Shown one piece after another: positions 49,407 to 57,100 of a stretch of 64,000 nucleotides of DNA. The stretch comes from a virus (Duplodnaviria > Caudoviricetes). Under the pieces are notes generated by a model. The model made no database searches and was not told the origin of the DNA. It saw only the letters and a program-made list of their open reading frames with translations. How positions within the stretch are numbered: the first letter of the stretch is position 1; every line of letters starts with the position of its first letter. The position numbers and the translations under genes are program-made. The stretch lies in IMG/VR virus record IMGVR_UViG_3300032290_001460, positions 32,001 through 96,000 of that record; one strand, given 5' to 3'.

Positions 49407-50996
49407 ATGAAATACGAATATAGTTCTACTAAAAATAAACTATGGTTAAAGACTTTGCCAAGAAAAGTTAGATTACTAATGCCTACAATAGGTAAGAAAT
49501 CTCTTGGTGGTTCTATTGGAAGGGCTGGAGAACCTTTTGACCCCAATGCGTTTGATGGTGATATGGATGCCTTGGTCCAAGAAGGAACCCCATGGGAGCG
49601 CCCAGCAACACCATCTGTTCCTAGGGGTGCTCGCAATATCGTGAAGCCTTCTATTATGCCGATTGAACTAGAAGGAGTGCGTTCTGTTCAGACCCCTAGT
49701 AGTTCACGTTCAGCGCGAGGCCCCTTGAACTTACCCGACCCATTGCCGCCCCCATTAGAGAATGATGCCGTCGTTGATGAGTCTGGATTTGATTTCGTTG
49801 ATTCCCTTCATGCAATTGTTGAAAGGAGCCCTAAGAAACTTGGGTTAAGAAGTCAAGAGTTACAGACGTTGAAGAAGATAAAAGATAGAGACTCAGATAC
49901 AGAACTATGGGAAGTTTCTGATTTTCTTGACAATGAGACTATTCGTTCTGAATTGAAAAAACATATCTCCGAACGCATTGGGAGTAAGTTTGCTGAGAGA
50001 GCACGCGAAGATGACGACTTTTTACAAAGTTTGCTCTTGAGTTCAATTGCCCCTACTCATGGCTTATGGTCGGATATTACTGAAGCCCTTAAAGGCGATG
50101 ACATTGAGGAAAAGAGACAGAAGTTACAAAAACTTATGTCTGGCACTATGGATAAAGTTACTCCAAGTCAGAAAAGTTTTATTAAAGAGTCTATTGAGTG
50201 GCTATCTGATAGAAGTAAGAAGAAATCTGAATCATTTGATAAAAAAATTGATGTTTTGGCAATTAATAAGGCTAGTGAATATATTAACGAGTGGGCTAAT
50301 AGTTCTAATAATTCTCCTCGCTCAATGGCTTTACAGCGCATGGCCATTCAGGAATTCGGCTTGGAAGATGGAAGTTACTATCCAGAAGATTTGTTACCTC
50401 TTTCTGGGCAGAGTCTTAACGCTCAATCTATGAAACAAAGAACAGACGAAGAAGTGGACATGAATGGGATGCTTCAACGCGAATTCCTGCGCATACAGTA
50501 TGAAGAAACTCAGAGAATGCTCAAAGAACTCAATGTTCAGTCATTGTCTGTTGCAAGAGGTATGACAGTTGGCGAGAATAGTCAACTCATAAAAGATATG
50601 AATTCCACCAATCCTGATTGGAAAGAAAATAATGTTGGGGTAGAGAAACCTCTTACATTACGTCCGCTTTCTTCGTGGGCTACAAAATCATGGGAGGCTA
50701 TGAAATTTGCGTCCCCCCTGGAAGAGGGTAACGAAAATGTTCTTGCAGTAGCAAACGTACCCGCAGAGCAAGTCTTATCCCTCTCAACAACAGGGATTGG
50801 ATGTTTGCCTGAGTGGGAAGCAGTTTTAGTGGCGGCGCCGGTGAATGCCAGAATATTCAATATGCCAGAGAATATTGATGATGTTGAGAATGCGGAAGAA
50901 TGGTTAATGGACCCAGCGTCATACGAAGAAAATTCTGACTTTGACTTAGATTCACTCTACGACGACGATGACGATGACTTTGACTACGAAGACTAA
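49407..50996 (+). CDS. DGDxDG-tag protein with C-terminal R-S-E type ADP-ribosyltransferase-like domain
   Basis: KSLG..FDPNAFDGDMDALVQEGTPWERP; SSSRSAR; VARGM (R), LSSWAT (S), LPEWEAVL (ExE). AGGAGG lies upstream of ATG 49407; track start is 49386. Confidence 0.72.
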   Translation: MKYEYSSTKNKLWLKTLPRKVRLLMPTIGKKSLGGSIGRAGEPFDPNAFDGDMDALVQEGTPWERPATPSVPRGARNIVKPSIMPIELEGVRSVQTPSSSRSARGPLNLPDPLPPPLENDAVVDESGFDFVDSLHAIVERSPKKLGLRSQELQTLKKIKDRDSDTELWEVSDFLDNETIRSELKKHISERIGSKFAERAREDDDFLQSLLLSSIAPTHGLWSDITEALKGDDIEEKRQKLQKLMSGTMDKVTPSQKSFIKESIEWLSDRSKKKSESFDKKIDVLAINKASEYINEWANSSNNSPRSMALQRMAIQEFGLEDGSYYPEDLLPLSGQSLNAQSMKQRTDEEVDMNGMLQREFLRIQYEETQRMLKELNVQSLSVARGMTVGENSQLIKDMNSTNPDWKENNVGVEKPLTLRPLSSWATKSWEAMKFASPLEEGNENVLAVANVPAEQVLSLSTTGIGCLPEWEAVLVAAPVNARIFNMPENIDDVENAEEWLMDPASYEENSDFDLDSLYDDDDDDFDYED

Positions 50997-51005
50997 GGTA
51001 AACAA

Positions 51006-51227
51006 ATGAGTAAAAACAATAAACCGATATTCGTCAATGAGAATACTTTAACCAACAGGCAATTTGACTTAGATGCAAGCAATCTTGAAGAGTTGGCAAG
51101 ACTTATTGGGGTAGCGAAAGATAGCCCTGAATTTGACGAGTATTTAACTGAGGCAAATAAACTATCTTGGGTAGAAACCGCCCCTAAAGATATTCGGGAT
51201 GCCATTAGGGCACGCGAAGTAAAGTAA
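51006..51227 (+). CDS. Small hypothetical protein (candidate immunity/partner)
   Basis: 73 aa, AAGGT Shine-Dalgarno, follows the ART-like gene. Confidence 0.6.
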   Translation: MSKNNKPIFVNENTLTNRQFDLDASNLEELARLIGVAKDSPEFDEYLTEANKLSWVETAPKDIRDAIRAREVK

Positions 51228-51236
51228 AATACTACA

Positions 51237-54173
51237 ATGCGCCCCCGTATACGTTCCACGAGATTCTATCTTCCTTCAACGAAAGCCCTAGGCGGCTCTA
51301 TTGGTCGTCTCAATGAACCTTTTGACCCAGATGCCCTCGATGGGGATGAGGATGGCATAGTTCAGGATGGTACTCCTTGGGAGCGCCCGGGAATACCTGG
51401 AACGCCTAGTATCTCTGGTGGCAAGATGAGGGATGGGTCAAAAAGAGAGATTACTGCGTCCTCTGATATTGACAACACTGAGGAAATCGCCACGCCCAAT
51501 GATTCCTCGGAACAAGTCCCAGTCTCGGATATTACCTTAGAAGATATCGTTGATGAACTTTTAGAAATTCTAACTCCCGAATTCTTAGAAGAAATAAATA
51601 AATTTGGGGAAGAATTTATGTTTGGCTCTGGTCGCAATGTTAGAAAAACAGTTCAAAACGTTGATGAGTGGCGCGAGATACAGGATGCCGAGTTAGTTAC
51701 CGTTGACGTGTTCGAACCAGGGGAAGGACCGGGGGAAACTAAATACCCCATTCCAAAAGGGAAATACACCATAGGCTCACCTTCGATGATGAAGGCAGAA
51801 GAGCGAATTAGGGATGTTGGGATGAGGGTCGTCCAAGGATTGATGAATTTTCTTTCTGGTTCTAGGGAGAATAGAAAAAAAATGCTCGAAGAGGCAAGGG
51901 GCCGTCTTGAAGAGTACAGAGAGACTCAAAGAGAAGTTACTGAAAAACTTGGGCTTGTTACCTGGGCTAGAAAATGGGAAATGCGTTATGCTGATGAAGA
52001 TTCAAAAGAAAGGGGTAATTTTGCGAGACAACTTTATGACACGGCTAAAGAATTATTTGGTAATCATCCAGACTTGAGCCCGGATGCTGATTTTAATGAA
52101 ATTGCAATGACTAGGTCTGAAGATGTGAACTATATTGTCAATAAATATCTTTTAAATTTACTTCAGTCAGATGTTTTCAAGGCCATCGATGAAGAAGATG
52201 GGGAAGAAAGTAATATTTTTGTTAATCAGATAAATAGGCTGAAAAAAAATATTAAAGAATATGAAAAATCTTCTCGTGAAATACCGGGAGTAATTAAAGA
52301 GGACTTAGTGAGATTGCAACAATCACTTGATGAATCGATGGCTGTTAGGAAGAAGTTGATTAACCAATTAAATGATGTTGCCACTAAGCCCATTGACCCA
52401 ATATACGATGATGAAATCATTATAGAAGATTTGACTACTGAAAGTGGAAAAGAATTTTCTAGAATAATCAATGAAGAACTATTGCCTATTTCAAGAAAAA
52501 TACTTCTACAGTATCGAGATATAGAAGTAAAACTAGATGAAGAAAAAATGGATGATGTCAAACGTCAAACCGGCATGAGCCATATTGACGCTAGGGATTT
52601 AGGGGAAATTATTAATTCCGGTGGCGCCGTAATTCCATCTAAAGTAAATTCGCGAGCAGTTACTGCAAATGAAATTATGGATGAAATTAGCCTTTTGCAA
52701 AACGCCAAAATTTCTGAAGTGATAAAAGATATTGAAGAAAGAATAGTAGAAACTGAACGTCCAGCACTGCTTCGTAAAATATTTCCTACAGGATATTGGA
52801 AGTATGATTCAAAAACTAAAAAACCTGTCAGAAATGCGCGAAGAGAAGATGGCTCTCTAATTTTCGCCACTCCATTGACCGTGCTGTTTGCGGGCAAATC
52901 TGGCAATGGCGTGATAAAAGAAACTTTTCAAAAAGCATTAAAATCTTTTGAAATATCCAGCAAGGATATTGATGCTTATTTAAATTCATATCATGTATCA
53001 GATGAGAGTCGCGATAATGCTATGTCTCTTTTGGGGCGACGTACTGAAATAATTGACGAGATGCAAACAATTTTACGTGATGTTTTTGAAGATTTGGAAA
53101 AAAATTATCCTGACTTAGCAGAGCAATATATGATGGGTGGCTTAAATGCCCTGAAAGAGATTGCTCGCAAGGTGCCAGAAAGTAGCACTAGTCAAAAATG
53201 GAATGACTATATGCAAAAAATGGTAGAACTAAATAAGGAATTACAAAAAATTTTATCTGATTTAATAGATGTGCTTTCTCCTGAAGAAAAAGATAAATTA
53301 AAAAAATTGCGGGAAGATTTAGAGCAGGCAAAAGTTAAAAAAGGTGATTATATTCTAGAAAAAATTTCATCATTATCAGCAGAAATTGATGAATTATTGG
53401 CTGATAAGCCACTGACATTTTCTCAAGAATTTAAAAAATCTTTAATTAACATATTAGAAGAAATGGGCATATCTCCTTCAAAAGATTCTTTATTGGACGT
53501 AAGTAAGCCAACAATAGGTGATGGCTCCATGAAGACGACTGAAGCAAATGTTGAAAAATTTAAACAACATATTAGTGAAATTGTTCCCGAACCAATTATT
53601 CAGTTATTAAATCTTTTTCTAAAAAATAATCCTCATACGGTTCGTGCATTAACTGTCGATGAAGTCGGTGATAGGGCTGGCCATTGGAAGAAGGGTTCTC
53701 GGCAGATAGCAACAAATTTTGAGCAAAAAGTAAACTTGCATGAATTTATGCACATGATGTCAACTTATTTTCCGTTTGCATCAATGGCTGAGCAAGCGTT
53801 TCTCTATAACCGCGGCTTAAGGGGCGAGAAAGGTTCTTCCGTAGAAGAGAGAATGGTTGATTTAGACTTTGAAGATGCCGTCTACTGGCAATACTCGGCG
53901 ACTCTTGGTATACGACAGCCAGCACCCGGAGTTCGCGATTATAGGAGTAGTGACTATTATATAGAAGATGAATTTGATAAGAGATATACTGGGCGAATCT
54001 ATCCTAGAGATGAACCAGAAGATTTTGCTACAGAGGTTCTCAGCACTGGAATCGAAGTTTTAGCAGACACCTATACCGGTACGGACTTTCCTGACTACGA
54101 ACATCTTGCTTTAGTGATAGGTGTCCTAATAACTGCTGGTATCATGTCTAGGGATGGAATAGCAAAAATATGA
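51237..54173 (+). CDS. DGDxDG-tag protein with long helical region and C-terminal zincin
   Basis: KALG..FDPDALDGDEDGIVQDGTPWERP at the N-terminus; HEFMH (53739)...D.F..RYTGRIY...TEVLSTGIE. Confidence 0.75.
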   Translation: MRPRIRSTRFYLPSTKALGGSIGRLNEPFDPDALDGDEDGIVQDGTPWERPGIPGTPSISGGKMRDGSKREITASSDIDNTEEIATPNDSSEQVPVSDITLEDIVDELLEILTPEFLEEINKFGEEFMFGSGRNVRKTVQNVDEWREIQDAELVTVDVFEPGEGPGETKYPIPKGKYTIGSPSMMKAEERIRDVGMRVVQGLMNFLSGSRENRKKMLEEARGRLEEYRETQREVTEKLGLVTWARKWEMRYADEDSKERGNFARQLYDTAKELFGNHPDLSPDADFNEIAMTRSEDVNYIVNKYLLNLLQSDVFKAIDEEDGEESNIFVNQINRLKKNIKEYEKSSREIPGVIKEDLVRLQQSLDESMAVRKKLINQLNDVATKPIDPIYDDEIIIEDLTTESGKEFSRIINEELLPISRKILLQYRDIEVKLDEEKMDDVKRQTGMSHIDARDLGEIINSGGAVIPSKVNSRAVTANEIMDEISLLQNAKISEVIKDIEERIVETERPALLRKIFPTGYWKYDSKTKKPVRNARREDGSLIFATPLTVLFAGKSGNGVIKETFQKALKSFEISSKDIDAYLNSYHVSDESRDNAMSLLGRRTEIIDEMQTILRDVFEDLEKNYPDLAEQYMMGGLNALKEIARKVPESSTSQKWNDYMQKMVELNKELQKILSDLIDVLSPEEKDKLKKLREDLEQAKVKKGDYILEKISSLSAEIDELLADKPLTFSQEFKKSLINILEEMGISPSKDSLLDVSKPTIGDGSMKTTEANVEKFKQHISEIVPEPIIQLLNLFLKNNPHTVRALTVDEVGDRAGHWKKGSRQIATNFEQKVNLHEFMHMMSTYFPFASMAEQAFLYNRGLRGEKGSSVEERMVDLDFEDAVYWQYSATLGIRQPAPGVRDYRSSDYYIEDEFDKRYTGRIYPRDEPEDFATEVLSTGIEVLADTYTGTDFPDYEHLALVIGVLITAGIMSRDGIAKI

Positions 54174-57100
54174 ACATGAACTGGACTTTCACAATAGGGG
54201 ATAAAGACTATTCCGCCACTTATGACAATGCTTCTTTTGTTACGGATTCTCCACTCGTTGAATACTACGTGAACAAATTAATCGATGACAGAACTGTCGT
54301 CGAAATAGGCGATGTAGGCCCAATGGCTACCGCATCCTTTGAAACCGATGCTCACGCATGGGGAACAATAACGCACGCTATCAGGAAACTAGCCAACATA
54401 GGCTCAGGCAAATATCCATTCTCACCATTAAACGGCGAAGACGAAATAGTTAAACCTGATGATAAAGAACCAAAAACCAAGTCACTAGGACCATCCCTTG
54501 GTGGCGTCAACGAACCATTTGACCCTAATGCTTTCGATGGCGACAACGACGGCATGGTGCAAGACAGCACTCAATGGGAAAGACCTGCACTACCAGGTCA
54601 AATTCCAACAGTAGTGTCGCAAGAAGTTGCTCGGCCTGTGAGTTTAACCTTCACTGGGCCAGACCCACGAATTTTATATCCAGACATGGTAGGCAAAACT
54701 GGCTCTGCTAGATATGGGAATTCCCCATCTATACGCATAGAGCATCCTCTATCTCCAGGCAATGACATTGCTTTTGTTTCCGTTAGAGACTTAATGAAAC
54801 TCCCTGGGAATATGCCAAATGATGATGGGGAGATTATTTTTGAAGAACGCGTTGAAAAATTGAGACAAGAACTTCTATCGAATGGATTCCGAAGCCCGAT
54901 TGATATTGCGTACGACCCGACAACGGGCAGAGCATACGTATCAGAAGGCAACCATAGGCTTCATGCGGCATTTGCTGCAGGATATTCCTATATTCCTACA
55001 ACTATTTTTCCTATGCGAATTAATGAGAATCGTCCGGCTTTAATCATTACAAAAGATTTAGATAAATGGCCGTGGAGAGAAACCGCAGATGGCGTTTACT
55101 ACAATAAAAATCATATGAGGGAAAGATACTTGGAGCGAGAAGATGCTTGGCCCCCATTCGCCCCATCGGAACAAGATAAGAAACATATACCAAACATGAG
55201 AATTCACCCGTTGTGGGTTCTTCCTCAAGGAAGTATTGCAGGAGAAATTAGCGATAACGGTGTTTGGGGTCCATTGCAGCCAAATGCAATAGAGCCATTG
55301 ACGGACACTTCGCGTTCCAAGCGCGAATTCAGTTTCTTCCCTTCCCTAGGAAAAAAGAATAGGGTAAATAAGAAGGCCTTAAGCCAAGTCGGTCCTTATC
55401 CCGTTGTTGGTGATGTTGACTATCCTTCTACGACGCATAGGTTTAAAGTACATGGTTATGAAACATTATGGGCAGTACCCGAAGTTGGTGGACTCAACCC
55501 TGGAGAAATGCTACTTATCAGAGATTATTCAGATGAAATAAAAAATTTTCATCACATTGAAGGAATATCTGATGGATTAGTCCGTATGACAAAAAGTGGA
55601 CAAGTATTATTCACAATTTTGTCACCCGAAGAATCTGTTGAATTACGTGAAAGTATCAGCACGGGGAAGCCTCTATCCGCATCCATAGAACAGCGCATAT
55701 CAGACAGGTTTGTAAAAATACCTGGTGAAGATGGAACCATTGATGATGCTATTGATTTTATGTACTCGATACTTCCATCAAATATAACTAAACCTAAACA
55801 GATTTCTTTGTTTGAACAAGAGGTTATAGACGAATTCACTTATCCGGATGGGCAAAAAACAATAGTTACAGTGGATGCACATGCTAGTCACACTCAAAAA
55901 TCAATGACTTTTTGGAACGGCCATACACCTACTGAATCACTTGAAACAATGCGAACGTTCTTTCATGAACATGGCCATATGATTGACCCAATACCACCTA
56001 TGTATTACATGGTTCATCCAACTGCTACGCAGATGCTGGGCGACTCTCCCGAAAAGCCAATGTATTTCAGCGATTCAATAGCATGGGGGGCTGCAGTGGA
56101 GCGTGATAGCCAGGTCGCTCATAGTATGATTTTAAAAAATGCATTAATTCATCCTGAAACAAGAACACGCATGAGTTTTATTTCTGGCAAGAAGGCTGTT
56201 AGTTTATATGGCACAACTGATGTTCGGGAGGATTTTTCTGAAGCATTGGCAATGTATTTGATAGATAAATTCTATGGCAGTTTTGTTATAAATGAAGAAT
56301 TGGGCACAAACGTCAGATTTGCTCAACTGTTTCCAAATAGGGCACAATTTTTTGATGACGTTATAGGAACATTGTATAGTTTTGATGAGCCTCTTGAAAA
56401 TTTAGTTAAAGCGATAACTACGGGTGATTTCAATGCTATTAATAGTTCACGCTCTAGTCGTATAGTTCCTTCTAAATCAACTTTAATACCTGATGGAATA
56501 TTCGATGTCGAAGAGCCACGATTTGGAAGCGTTCAAAAATTAGTAAGATATACCATGGACAACCCAGAGATAAATGTTTTTCTTTTCAAAAATGCCGCGT
56601 TAAGTCCAAGTAGTTCACAAAAAACTGAGTTTGGTATTGCCGTAAAACATTTAGTCCCAAACAATTTACTTAGTCGCGATGGACACTTTATATCGGTTGA
56701 TATTTCCGAAAGTGAATTTGAAGAGTTATCAACGAGCATGGTTCTTGGTAATGGAATCCCACAGGAAATATCTAATAGAATTAATTCAAAATTAGATATT
56801 ATTCGTAATCAGATGCAAAAATTGCATGCAGTTTTACCGGATGGCGCTGTTTCAAAAATGAGTTTCATACATGCAAGTGAAAAAAGTCTATTCTTGCCAT
56901 GGGTGGATGTAGACGGCCAGGCTGTTACGCAAATTTCTAACGGCCTTGGCCAAGAACCACGCAATTTTATTGCAATTTATAGTTTAAATAGACATACCGA
57001 AAGTCATTTAAGCGATGTATTAGCGCACGAACTCGGGCATATCCTTGATAGAGATGGTGGGCGAAACTATAAAAAATCATTTGTTAATGAATCTAATAGA

